Positions 19,683 through 29,194 are shown, numbered from the stretch's first letter. The stretch is 64,000 bases of DNA from Promethearchaeia archaeon (GCA_029856105.1 JAHQWH010000015.1:96001-160000); one strand, 5' to 3'. The notes: a model not told the origin generated them from the letters alone. Numbers and translations: made by a program.

Positions 19683-21104
19683 CTAACTACCCCAACCATG
19701 TCCTGGATTCATTATCATATTTGGATCCAAAAGCTTTTTTATTTTTTTGATCAATTCGTTAGTAGCGGGTAATGTCTTTTCCTCATATACCTCATGAGCC
19801 CAAAGTGGAGCCTTATACATTACAACCCCATCAATTGATTGAACTTCTTCATGGATTTCCTTTAATACTTGTCGAGCAGACTCAATTTCCTTAGGATCGT
19901 CTTTATTAAAATTTATGTTAGTTCGAGCAACACAATAATGACCACCAAATAAAATTCGGGAATAAAATTGCGGAGTACGCCCGTATTTTAAGGCTTTTTC
20001 TCTTGCTAAAGCGTAAAATTTCGCGATATCTCGAGTTGAACAATAACTCCCAATCCATTGACCCCCACCGCCCCTAGAGAAATTCCAACACCCCCATAAT
20101 TGAATTGGTATCGTACTGAGAAGATCTGTATCAATTCCTTGGGGTTCGATAAGCCTACCTTCTTTTAAAATGGTTTCAATTGCTTCGCATTGAGCTTCAT
20201 GTTGTTTTTGGGTATATGCCTGTGTGGTAATAATTCCTGTGAAATCGGGTAATTTTTTTTCTAAGGGATCTATAGGAATATTTTTTTCATTTGCAGCTAA
20301 TGTCGATTGAAGCCACCCATAGTTTTGAATTACAAGATCACATATACCTAACCCCACCTTCGAAAGTTTAAGCATAACTGGGACTCCAACATCCATAGTC
20401 CTCCCAACCACAATATAATTCCTTCGATATGGTAGTTTTGGCCATAGTTTTATGGCTGCTTTAGTCACGATTCCTGTAGAGCCTTCCCAACCAATGAACA
20501 AACCTGCTAAATCGGGTAATGGTTGTCTTCCGTACCAGTAATCAGAAAGACAACAAGAGCCTACTTTCACTAATTCACCTGAACCTAAGACAGCTTCTAA
20601 ACCATTGATGAATTCTGCTCCAGTTCCACCAAGCATTCCCAAGTCAAACATACCATAGCATAAGCAAGAAGCTACTACTCCCGTTCCGGGTGGTGACCAC
20701 GTTACGCCCGCTCTTAAATCTGGATTGTTTTTTTGAAGGAAACCTTGTAAATCGGCCCATGTTGTTCCGCCTTCGACTAAAGCATACATATCATCTTCAT
20801 TCACTTCAATTATTCGATTCAGCCTTCTCAGGTCAACAACGATCCCTCCCTTTACTGGTGTAGCAGTAGAACCAAAGTTGATCCCCGAAACCCAAGGTAT
20901 TATTGGAATTTTGTGATTATTTGCAATTTTAACGATTTCTTGGACTTCTTCCGCTGAATTTGGCATTATTACAATATCACATATTCCTTCTGGTTCAGCC
21001 GTGATAAAATCATAGTGGTAGAGAAATGTTATTTCAGGTTGATCTGAGACATATTTTTCTCCAACAACTTTTCCTAATTCATTAACTATTTCGCTATTAA
21101 TCAT
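19683..21104 (-). CDS. FAD-binding oxidoreductase (GlcD/VAO-PCMH family)
   Basis: FAD-binding PCMH domain (PNSAEEVQEIVK, DLRRLNRI, GWEGSTGIVTK, LDPNMIMNPG); start placed after GGGTGA. Confidence 0.88.
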   Translation of the reverse strand: MINSEIVNELGKVVGEKYVSDQPEITFLYHYDFITAEPEGICDIVIMPNSAEEVQEIVKIANNHKIPIIPWVSGINFGSTATPVKGGIVVDLRRLNRIIEVNEDDMYALVEGGTTWADLQGFLQKNNPDLRAGVTWSPPGTGVVASCLCYGMFDLGMLGGTGAEFINGLEAVLGSGELVKVGSCCLSDYWYGRQPLPDLAGLFIGWEGSTGIVTKAAIKLWPKLPYRRNYIVVGRTMDVGVPVMLKLSKVGLGICDLVIQNYGWLQSTLAANEKNIPIDPLEKKLPDFTGIITTQAYTQKQHEAQCEAIETILKEGRLIEPQGIDTDLLSTIPIQLWGCWNFSRGGGGQWIGSYCSTRDIAKFYALAREKALKYGRTPQFYSRILFGGHYCVARTNINFNKDDPKEIESARQVLKEIHEEVQSIDGVVMYKAPLWAHEVYEEKTLPATNELIKKIKKLLDPNMIMNPGHGWGS

Positions 21105-21215
21105 AATTAATTCACCCATTAAATATTATTAATTCAATCCCATTATTTATACAATTTTTATTTAACCAAATTATTATTTAAATATATAGAAACATGAATA
21201 GAAATCTCGTCAGTA

Positions 21216-22316
21216 ATGAGAAAAAAAATTAAAGTATTTGGAGCGTCAGTTGATGCGAGTGACTTCCCTCTTAGTATTCAGATGAAACTTTCCTACTTAA
21301 ATCAATTAACTCAAAATATTGGTAATAAATCAAATTTCATTGATCCCTATGAAGCTTTTCTTATGCATTCTAATATTTTAAAAGAGCAAAAATTCCTCAA
21401 GATTGGTAAATTCCCTATTGACTCTTGGCTAACACCTAAACCCAAACTGGAGGACTTCCACCTAATAAATCAATTTAATTTCTCAAAATTTACAAATGAT
21501 GGCTTATTAAAACCAATTTCTGATAAACTTAAGAGATATATAAACGTTAATGTATTACCGGACATTCCCTTAATGATTGGAGTCGACCACTCGTTAACGG
21601 GAGGTGTTTTAACTGCTCTTTCCAAAGAATATGGATCTGAAAATCTATTAGTCTTAATTTTTGACGCTCATTTTGATGGGTTACCAGCAAATATATCACT
21701 CGATATCTCAAAATACACAAGCGATCATCCCAATGAAGTAAATCCTTTAATACCTGAATATAATTATTCACAAATGGAAGGTATTGAGATTAATAATACT
21801 TACACTTGTGCTTCTTTTCTAAATAATTTGATAAATGATAAAATCATAAGACCTGAAAATTTGATAATTTTTGGATGTCAAGATTATCCAGATGAAAAAT
21901 ATCGAGCTTTAAATGATCCAAGAATTGTAGAATTTGTTGAGTTTTATGATACAATGGAAAGAAACGGTGTTAAATTCATACCCAAAGCAGAAACTTCACA
22001 AATGCTTGATAGACTAAAGCAAATCCTAAAGGATACAGTGAGATCAAATTTTTATCTGTCCTTTGACGTAGATGTTGGTGCCTTAAAAGAAATTATTGCT
22101 TGCCGATTTAGAAATGCTCTAGGACTTGATCAATCAACAATCATTAGTGCTGCTAAAATTATTAACAACATAATAAAAACATCAGATAATAAGCTAGTCG
22201 GTCTTGATGTGATGGAAATTGAAACTCATTTATTAAATAGGGTTTTTCCTAAGTCAGGTAGGGAAGATCAAACAATTGAAGTGGTGGATAATTTTCTTAG
22301 AATCTTATTTTACTAA
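21216..22316 (+). CDS. Arginase/ureohydrolase family protein
   Basis: GVDHS, FDAHFD, SFDVDV, GLDVME metal-binding motifs. Confidence 0.85.
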   Translation: MRKKIKVFGASVDASDFPLSIQMKLSYLNQLTQNIGNKSNFIDPYEAFLMHSNILKEQKFLKIGKFPIDSWLTPKPKLEDFHLINQFNFSKFTNDGLLKPISDKLKRYINVNVLPDIPLMIGVDHSLTGGVLTALSKEYGSENLLVLIFDAHFDGLPANISLDISKYTSDHPNEVNPLIPEYNYSQMEGIEINNTYTCASFLNNLINDKIIRPENLIIFGCQDYPDEKYRALNDPRIVEFVEFYDTMERNGVKFIPKAETSQMLDRLKQILKDTVRSNFYLSFDVDVGALKEIIACRFRNALGLDQSTIISAAKIINNIIKTSDNKLVGLDVMEIETHLLNRVFPKSGREDQTIEVVDNFLRILFY

Positions 22317-22359
22317 ATCTTAAAAATAAATGTAAAAAAAATAGGAATTATTTTAATAA

Positions 22360-22758
22360 TTATTTCTTTTCTTCTCTTAGATAGAAATAAGTATTGAAGA
22401 CTATTAATACTATCATTACTATGGTGTCTAACCAATGAAAGATGAGATTAGTTGCTGAGCGAGTTACGTAAATAATCGATGTAACATTGACAAGGACAAA
22501 TATAATAAGGCCAATAATTGCATACTGGAAAAACAATTTGATATAATCCCAATCTCCCTTAATTATTCCAAGCAAAACTGTAATTCCCATAGCTAATAAA
22601 GCTCCACCAAAAAGTCGCCAAAAGTGAGGGTCAAAATACGGTGCATCATTAAGAGAATAAACAGTTTCTGGAAGAAACACATACATTATACCATAGACAA
22701 ATGCGACGATCATGTTAATAATTAACACAATTTTCATTTCTTTTGAGAATTCTGCCAT
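22360..22758 (-). CDS. Small 4-TM membrane protein (paralog of 32225-32596)
   Basis: Hydrophobic; MAEFSKEMKIVL...WRLFGG matches MAEISKEAKIVL...WRQLGG. Confidence 0.75.
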   Translation of the reverse strand: MAEFSKEMKIVLIINMIVAFVYGIMYVFLPETVYSLNDAPYFDPHFWRLFGGALLAMGITVLLGIIKGDWDYIKLFFQYAIIGLIIFVLVNVTSIIYVTRSATNLIFHWLDTIVMIVLIVFNTYFYLREEKK

Positions 22759-22907
22759 GATTTATATACCTTGAATTTCGTTTTATTAAAAAATTATAAA
22801 TAAATAATATGCTATATGAATATAAAAGTTTTTACTAAAAAGTAAATTAAAGTGCAATACTGAAATAATTTAATAATTTAATAGCTTGATATTTTATACA
22901 AAATTAT

Positions 22908-22921
22908 AAAAAGAAATAAAA
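22908..22921 (-). terminator. U-rich terminator after long hairpin
   Basis: Minus strand TTTTATTTCTTTTT directly follows the 22923-22990 stem. Confidence 0.4.
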
Positions 22922-23060
22922 GGTATATAGAATAGGAGGAGGATTGGTCTGAGAAGAATCAAACCAAACTCAATCCTCTGTTCTATATGCAGATTAAAGA
23001 TTTCAACCCTCGATGAGACTTTCTCTCCTTAAGTGCTATCTCTTACCTATGGATACTCAA
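22920..23060 (-). ncRNA. Candidate structured small non-coding RNA
   Basis: GC-richer non-coding island with long imperfect hairpin 22923-22990, upstream BRE/TATA and downstream U-tract; no credible ORF. Confidence 0.4.
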
Positions 23061-23081
23061 TAAGAAATGAGTATTTAATTC

Positions 23082-23095
23082 TATTTATAGTTTTT
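23082..23095 (-). promoter_or_regulatory. Archaeal BRE/TATA promoter
   Basis: Minus strand AAAAAC-TATAAATA. Confidence 0.45.
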
Positions 23096-23238
23096 ATTGT
23101 GGAATATTCATGGAAGTTCTGAATCGTAATGGAATTATGACTATTAAAATGAATAGAAAATAAGATTTTATAAATTCTCATGGGGATTCTGAGAAGAATA
23201 AAGCAGTCTAGTAAATACAATAAAGGTAAAATTTTGAA

Positions 23239-23946
23239 TTATTTGAGTATGAAATATAATCTCCTGTTGTTCTTTCCTTTATTTGCAGTTTTAAGGATTT
23301 CAATCTTACCTATTTCGTTCAAATTTTTAACGTGCGTTCCACCATCTACTTGTTCGTCTATATCTCCAATTTTAATAATACGAAATTCCTTAATGTTTTT
23401 CGGTAATCCTATTGCTAATCTGGCCAGTTCTGGTTTTTGTAGAACTTCTTCTCGAGACATATAACCTATTGTAACAGGTAGATCTTTTTGGATGATTTCG
23501 TTTGCTTCATTAACATAAGCCCGTAGCTTTTCAGGTGAATAATCCTCCATTGAGAAATCCATTCTTGCTTTATCTAATTCAATCTGGTTGCCTGTGATTT
23601 TAGCGTTCGCTCTTCGGAATAGAAGATTTGAGACGAGGTGACAAGCAGTATGGTAACGCATATAAGTATATCGCCTTTCCCAATCAATTTCGCATGTAAC
23701 CAAGTCTCCTTTTTTCAATCCCAGTTTTTCTACTTCGTGGCTAATTTCCCCAGAAAATTTGCCTACATAAACAACCTTGAATTTTTCACCGTCTTTAATT
23801 ATATAACCCTCGTCCCATGGTTGACCGCCTCCTTTAGGATAGAAAGCTGTTTTATCAAGGATAATATATTTATCATCTTTCACAGAAACAACTTTAGCGT
23901 TCCAATTCTTTAAATAGGAATCTTTCATGTATAATGCTTCTGTCAT
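23239..23946 (-). CDS. alaX: Alanyl-tRNA editing protein AlaX (AlaX-M)
   Basis: LYMKDSY, TAFYPKGGGQP, HTACH, QVDGGTH; start at MTEAL. Confidence 0.92.
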   Translation of the reverse strand: MTEALYMKDSYLKNWNAKVVSVKDDKYIILDKTAFYPKGGGQPWDEGYIIKDGEKFKVVYVGKFSGEISHEVEKLGLKKGDLVTCEIDWERRYTYMRYHTACHLVSNLLFRRANAKITGNQIELDKARMDFSMEDYSPEKLRAYVNEANEIIQKDLPVTIGYMSREEVLQKPELARLAIGLPKNIKEFRIIKIGDIDEQVDGGTHVKNLNEIGKIEILKTANKGKNNRRLYFILK

Positions 23947-24201
23947 AGAGAATAAGAAAGTAGTTACACTTATAACTTTATTCTTAAGATTTTCTGGCAA
24001 TTATCCAAAATCTCTAAAATCAACCAGTTGGTAATTGAAGAGATAAGCAATATGGACGAAAATATTGAATCTTATTTTCACATGGAAATTTGAAGCGTTA
24101 CCCTAAAACCCTAGCGGGGGTTGTCAACACACATCTAATATTTATATGTATATCTCATTCAAAAAAGGGTATATTATATATATTTAAGCGGAATCTATTT
24201 A

Positions 24202-24312
24202 TCATTTGAATCTTAGCGTAAAAAAGCGCGTAATCTTTTTGCATACTTTGCAATAGTAGTAACCTTCTTCTGTACCAATTGTTTTAGTTTTACAGTTCGG
24301 ACAAAATATCAT
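24202..24312 (-). CDS. 36-aa zinc-ribbon microprotein (below ORF-track cutoff)
   Basis: MIFCPNCKTKTIGTEEGYYYCKVCKKITRFFTLRFK*; two CxxC pairs; TATA-like CTTTAAAA upstream. Confidence 0.7.
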   Translation of the reverse strand: MIFCPNCKTKTIGTEEGYYYCKVCKKITRFFTLRFK

Positions 24313-24502
24313 TCTAAATCAATTGATAAAGGTTGCGATTTATTTTAAAGTTTGAAATTATAGGAAAAAAGTACGCTTTAATTTTGATTAATATTTAAAA
24401 AAGTTAGTGTTTAAAGAAAAACTATAAATTTTAAATAATTTAATATAAATCTCAGAGATATCAATTTGAAAAATAACCGAATTTTTTATTCAAGTGAAGC
24501 GC

Positions 24503-25534
24503 ATGAAATTTGTTGAATATAAGAACGAAAAATTTGAAATCAAGGATGGTTTTCTAGATCTTGGTTTATTAGAAATTAAAGATATCTCTGAAATTGAAGG
24601 TTTAGACAAAGTTGATATAATTCATTTAGAACTCAGTTCAAATGAGATTACGGAAATTAAAGGACTGGAAACGCTTCAGAGCCTAGAAATGTTAAATTGC
24701 GGAAGCAATAATCTTACCGAAATTTCGGGATTAGACGAATTAGTAAACCTAAAAATCTTGCATTTAGCATCAAATCAAATTACAGAAATAAATGGGCTAG
24801 ATAGTCTTACCGAGTTAAAGGAATTATATTTAAGAGGGAATCAAATTAATAAATTGAGCGGGTTCAATTCCTTAACTTCGCTTCAAAAATTAGATTTGTC
24901 TTGGAACGTAATTAGTAATGTAGAAGGGCTTGAATTACCAAATTTAGAAGTGTTATGGCTTGCTGGAAATCAGCTAGCAAAAATCGGGGGACTTAAAGAT
25001 CTAAAAAATTTGAAAGTTTTGAATGCGGCAGGTAATCTAATAACTGACATTAAGGGGCTTAAAAACCTGAAAAATTTAAAGGAATTATATCTAAATGATA
25101 ACCAAATACAAGAATTAAAAGGTTTAGAATCTCTTACTCAGTTAGAAACGTTGTGGATTACGGCAAACCAAATTGAACTGATTAAAGGTCTAGATAACAG
25201 TAAAAATTTGCAAGTTTTAAATTTAAAGGATAATAAAATTCGCGAGATTAACGGATTATACTCGTTAACGAAATTAAATAAGTTATTTCTTTCGGGGAAC
25301 GAGATAACTTTCATAAAGGGACTTGAGACCCTTCAAAATTTAGAGACATTAGATTTAGGAAATAATCAAATCAAAAATATAAGTGGTTTAGAATCTTTAA
25401 CTATTTTAAAGGACTTATGGCTTCATGGGAATCAAATTGAAGAAAATTTACTCGCGCAATTAGGAGGAATTGATTCTAGCGGATGCGCTTTAGAACCGTT
25501 AAAGTTTGTAGAATATTGTTTAATTAATCTATAA
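24503..25534 (+). CDS. Leucine-rich repeat protein (SDS22/internalin-like 22-aa repeats)
   Basis: About 13 repeats of LxxLxLxxNQIxxIxGLxxL. Confidence 0.92.
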   Translation: MKFVEYKNEKFEIKDGFLDLGLLEIKDISEIEGLDKVDIIHLELSSNEITEIKGLETLQSLEMLNCGSNNLTEISGLDELVNLKILHLASNQITEINGLDSLTELKELYLRGNQINKLSGFNSLTSLQKLDLSWNVISNVEGLELPNLEVLWLAGNQLAKIGGLKDLKNLKVLNAAGNLITDIKGLKNLKNLKELYLNDNQIQELKGLESLTQLETLWITANQIELIKGLDNSKNLQVLNLKDNKIREINGLYSLTKLNKLFLSGNEITFIKGLETLQNLETLDLGNNQIKNISGLESLTILKDLWLHGNQIEENLLAQLGGIDSSGCALEPLKFVEYCLINL

Positions 25535-25558
25535 AAGTTCGTTTTAAGAGATAAAAAA

Positions 25559-26335
25559 TCAGATTTCCAATATATCAATTAAACTTTTTTTTATCTCCTG
25601 AAAGCATTTTGATTCTTCGGGAATTTCAATTATAGATTTACCTTCTAAATCATATTTAGTAATGACATCATCTTCAGGAATTGATGCGATTAATGGTAAA
25701 TCGAATTCTCTAAGCGTATCCAGAATATTACTAATATCACCTTTAACTCTATTTATTATAATGCCTATTTTTTTATAATTTGTAAATTTATTAGCGCTTT
25801 TTCTAATTGACTTTGCAGTGTCTATACTCCTTAGAGATATATCTGAGATAATTAAGATAATATCAACAGATTTAATTACCATACGGTTAATTTGTTCAAG
25901 TCCCGCTTCACAGTCGATCAAGACGACGTCAAAGTCGCTAGAGATTGATTCTATAACTTTTCGAAGCAAAGCGTTCGAAGGACAGAAACACCCTGGACCT
26001 TCGGGCTGACCAATTGAAAACAGGCTATAGTCTTTACTCTCCTTAATAGCACTATAGACCTCAAAATCTATGTTCTCTGCTAACGTTTTGATATCTCTTT
26101 TTTTATTTATTGTTTTATCAATTAATTCGGCTCTGACCATCTCGAGACTTTTCTCTGGAAGTAAATTAACCATTTTACTAAGATGTGGATGAGTAGGGTC
26201 TGCATCAATTAGTAATAATTTATAATTATAAGAGATTGAAATTGCTTTAGCAATAAGAGTTGTTACAATCGTTTTACCAACGCCTCCTTTTCCGACAATA
26301 GCAACTATAAGCGGTTTTTTTATCTGGTTATTCAT
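25559..26335 (-). CDS. CooC/AcsF-type nickel-insertion ATPase
   Basis: GKGGVGKT, IDADP, GPGCFC, IDCEAGLE. Confidence 0.88.
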   Translation of the reverse strand: MNNQIKKPLIVAIVGKGGVGKTIVTTLIAKAISISYNYKLLLIDADPTHPHLSKMVNLLPEKSLEMVRAELIDKTINKKRDIKTLAENIDFEVYSAIKESKDYSLFSIGQPEGPGCFCPSNALLRKVIESISSDFDVVLIDCEAGLEQINRMVIKSVDIILIISDISLRSIDTAKSIRKSANKFTNYKKIGIIINRVKGDISNILDTLREFDLPLIASIPEDDVITKYDLEGKSIIEIPEESKCFQEIKKSLIDILEI

Positions 26336-26358
26336 TTAATATACCTTAATTTATTCGT

Positions 26359-27126
26359 TTATTTCTCAATCTCCTCTCTTGAGACTAATACTTGCTTAAT
26401 ATCTAAACATTCTTTTTGATAAGGACATATTTCACATCCCCAATCGTAATCACAGTCAATCCTTTTTTTCCATTCTTCTATTTTCTTTCTCCATTTCTCT
26501 TTAAATTTATCTGTAATTTCTGACGATAACCTAATGAATTCTTCAATAGAATCAGGATATGAACTGATTAATATAACTTCTATAGTTTTAATTAAACCTT
26601 TAAATTTTTGTTTGTATAGTGAAATAATAGCATTTCCTAAAAATTCGAACGAAAATCCTTTCTGTAGGGCTGATGTACTTAATCTGCACCAAAACCTGCG
26701 AGGAATAGTTCGAATGGAAAACCCTTCTATGCCATTTGAGATAAAACTCAATTGCCTTAACTCATTTATATCCTTCTCTGTGCTGTTCTCGACTCCAATT
26801 AGAATCATCATCCCAAAATCCATATTATTATCCAAATTTTCATCAATTTCTGGACCTAATAAACTGATCTTTCCAGTTTCGATTAGTTGAGCCTCTTCAA
26901 TTGGAAATACTATTGAGAAGGATTTCTTTTTCATCCCACCAAGTTCTATACCCGTCTCTTCTTCAAGGATGATTTCTTTAAATTTATTTAATTCAACTTT
27001 GAGCCCAAAATTATTTAAAAAAGCAGTGTGATTCGAGTCTGAACGATAAAAGATCAAGGGCTTTCCGCGCTTTCGTTCCTTTTCCAAGAAATCTCTTATC
27101 TTTTCTATAATAATTTTGTTTTGCAT
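26359..27126 (-). CDS. Stand-alone acetyl-CoA synthase beta (CdhC) N-terminal-domain protein with C-terminal 4-Cys cluster
   Basis: ELGG, GKISLLGPEI, WCRLS...KGFSFEFLG resemble CdhC; ends CDYDWGCEICPYQKEC. Confidence 0.7.
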   Translation of the reverse strand: MQNKIIIEKIRDFLEKERKRGKPLIFYRSDSNHTAFLNNFGLKVELNKFKEIILEEETGIELGGMKKKSFSIVFPIEEAQLIETGKISLLGPEIDENLDNNMDFGMMILIGVENSTEKDINELRQLSFISNGIEGFSIRTIPRRFWCRLSTSALQKGFSFEFLGNAIISLYKQKFKGLIKTIEVILISSYPDSIEEFIRLSSEITDKFKEKWRKKIEEWKKRIDCDYDWGCEICPYQKECLDIKQVLVSREEIEK

Positions 27127-27271
27127 TAATTATAATAAACCTTCTTTACTTTTTAAAGAGGATCTTAATATTTTCATAAAAAAAGATTTTAAATTCCCAA
27201 ACGATTAACTATTTAAATTCTAAAGTCAATTTTACTTTTATATATACTAAAATACTAGTAGGAATATAAAA

Positions 27272-27694
27272 ATGATTTCGATTCAAAAAGGAGAAGATTT
27301 GATTACAATTACATTGCAAAATATTTTAAGTTATAGGAAAGACGATGAGGATTTCATAAATCTAGTCTTAAACTGGAATAAAACAGTTTTAATTGAGATT
27401 GATGGTTTTTACCCAGTCGAAGTTATATTTGACCGCAACGAAATAAAATTTAAAACAAAAGATTTTGATAAAAAGATAAATCTGAAAGTAAAAATGGGCA
27501 TATACACATTTTTAGATTTGGCATTTGGTAGATTAAATCCTATAAAAGCATTTCTTAAACGTAAGTTTAAAATAAAAGGATTGTTTAAAATTGGAACTGT
27601 GTTAAAATTCATGAAAATCTTTTTAGTAACGATGAAAATGGTTGCTTCAGACCCTAACAATAATTATTTTGAATTAAATAAGGAAACAAGATAA
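27272..27694 (+). CDS. SCP2 sterol/lipid-binding domain protein
   Basis: TFLDLAFGRLNPIKAFLKRKFKIKG, the SCP2 C-terminal signature. Confidence 0.8.
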   Translation: MISIQKGEDLITITLQNILSYRKDDEDFINLVLNWNKTVLIEIDGFYPVEVIFDRNEIKFKTKDFDKKINLKVKMGIYTFLDLAFGRLNPIKAFLKRKFKIKGLFKIGTVLKFMKIFLVTMKMVASDPNNNYFELNKETR

Positions 27695-27712
27695 TGAGGT
27701 GAAAAAAAATAC

Positions 27713-29194
27713 ATGACCGAAACAAAAGAAAGAAACATGTATGAGAAGATAAGCAAAGAGGATGTGTTTAAAAAGTTAGTTGAAATATTTGGAGAAAAAT
27801 ATGTAACCAATAAATCAGGAGATTTATACCCATATTCGTACGATATGACCGAATGTAAGCCTCACATGCCTGATTTCATAGTTATTCCTGAAAAGACCTC
27901 GCAATTAATCGAATTAGTTAAGTTTTGTAATTCCAATTTAATTCCAATTGTTCCTTACATATCTGGAAATAATGTAGGGGGTTTAACGATTCCGGAAAAC
28001 GGTGGAATTCTCGTTGATTTTGGTAAAAAGATGAACAAAATTTTGCATATTGATAACATTATGATGTACGCTCTATTAGAACCTGGAGTTACCTTTGGTC
28101 AATTGAAAAAACACTTAGACGAAAATTACCCTCACCTAAGATATAGTTATCCTTATGCCCCTCCATACGCAGGGGTTGTTGGAAATGTGATATTGAGTGG
28201 TATGAATAATCTCTCGTGTAAAATTGGATCGATGGGCGATTCAATTAACGGTTTAGAAGTAATTACTGCTGGCGGCGAAATCGTTAGGATAGGTTCGTGC
28301 TTTTATGGAAAGAACGAGGCATCACCCGATAGTTGGTGGAGTAGATATCCTATGCCAGATTTAATGGGCCTCTTTATAAATTGGCAAGGTATGACAGGTT
28401 TAGTAACCAAATGCGCCGTTCAACTATGGCCTAATCTACCCATCAAACAAACCTATATCGCAGTAGTTTTTAGACTCACAGATGTAGCTTCAGTAATGAG
28501 AGAAGTTGGTAGAACTGATGTTATAGACGATATTTCAGCAGTTAGCATCGAAGTAGTAAAGATGGCTGTAGAAATTCCTGAACCTAAAAAATTTCCGGGT
28601 GAACCCTATTTCGCAGTAATGTTTTCAATCTCGGCAAAAACAAAAAATCAATTCAATGCTAGAATGGAAATTTTATCCAGCGAAATCGAGATTTTAAATA
28701 AACAAGGAAAAAAAGTTATTTTGATTAATGCTGACGAGTACGTCAAATTATTTAATTTAAGACTTAGGTGTTACCTCGATTTACCGTCCGTAGTACTTCC
28801 ACTAGTAGAGTATTCAGGCTTAACTTGGTTTGGTTCGTACGCTCCAAGTCACAAACTCGAGGAACTAATCGAAAAGGTGTATAAGTTATTTAATAAACAC
28901 GATATAACTCCATTTATTTACATGAAAATGATGAAATCAAGTCATTACGCGATCTTTCGTCCTATTATGCGTTATAACAAGTTTAAAGAAGGCGAAGAAG
29001 AAAGATACCACAAGTTGTTAGAAGAAATAACTGATGTAAGCGTCGATTTGGGATGTATACCATACAAAACTCCTGCTTGGATGACAGAAAAGATGCGCAA
29101 GAAGATTAACCCAGGATGGATTAACCTATTTGAAAAAATAAAGAAATGCATGGACCCACACAGCATATTTAACCCCGGAAGGTGGAATACATAA
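27713..29194 (+). CDS. FAD-binding oxidoreductase (GlcD/VAO-PCMH family)
   Basis: YSYD, PDFIVIP, EPGVTFGQL, PDLMGLF, GLVTK, MDPHSIFNPG. Confidence 0.88.
   Translation: MTETKERNMYEKISKEDVFKKLVEIFGEKYVTNKSGDLYPYSYDMTECKPHMPDFIVIPEKTSQLIELVKFCNSNLIPIVPYISGNNVGGLTIPENGGILVDFGKKMNKILHIDNIMMYALLEPGVTFGQLKKHLDENYPHLRYSYPYAPPYAGVVGNVILSGMNNLSCKIGSMGDSINGLEVITAGGEIVRIGSCFYGKNEASPDSWWSRYPMPDLMGLFINWQGMTGLVTKCAVQLWPNLPIKQTYIAVVFRLTDVASVMREVGRTDVIDDISAVSIEVVKMAVEIPEPKKFPGEPYFAVMFSISAKTKNQFNARMEILSSEIEILNKQGKKVILINADEYVKLFNLRLRCYLDLPSVVLPLVEYSGLTWFGSYAPSHKLEELIEKVYKLFNKHDITPFIYMKMMKSSHYAIFRPIMRYNKFKEGEEERYHKLLEEITDVSVDLGCIPYKTPAWMTEKMRKKINPGWINLFEKIKKCMDPHSIFNPGRWNT

Noticed and set aside
23110-23163. 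Short ORF MEVLNRNGIMTIKMNRK, vaguely like an Hsp20 C-terminus, and a 12-nt repeat TCTGAGAAGAAT (22948, 23188)
   Set aside because: Too short to support either interpretation
24101-24122. CCCTAAAACCCTAG telomere-like 1.5 repeat and small AACCC/GGGTT hairpin
   Set aside because: Too short; no array or associated reverse transcriptase; compatible with chance
24503-25534. LRR periodicity as a CRISPR or DNA repeat array
   Set aside because: Repeats are degenerate at DNA level and explained by a 22-aa protein repeat
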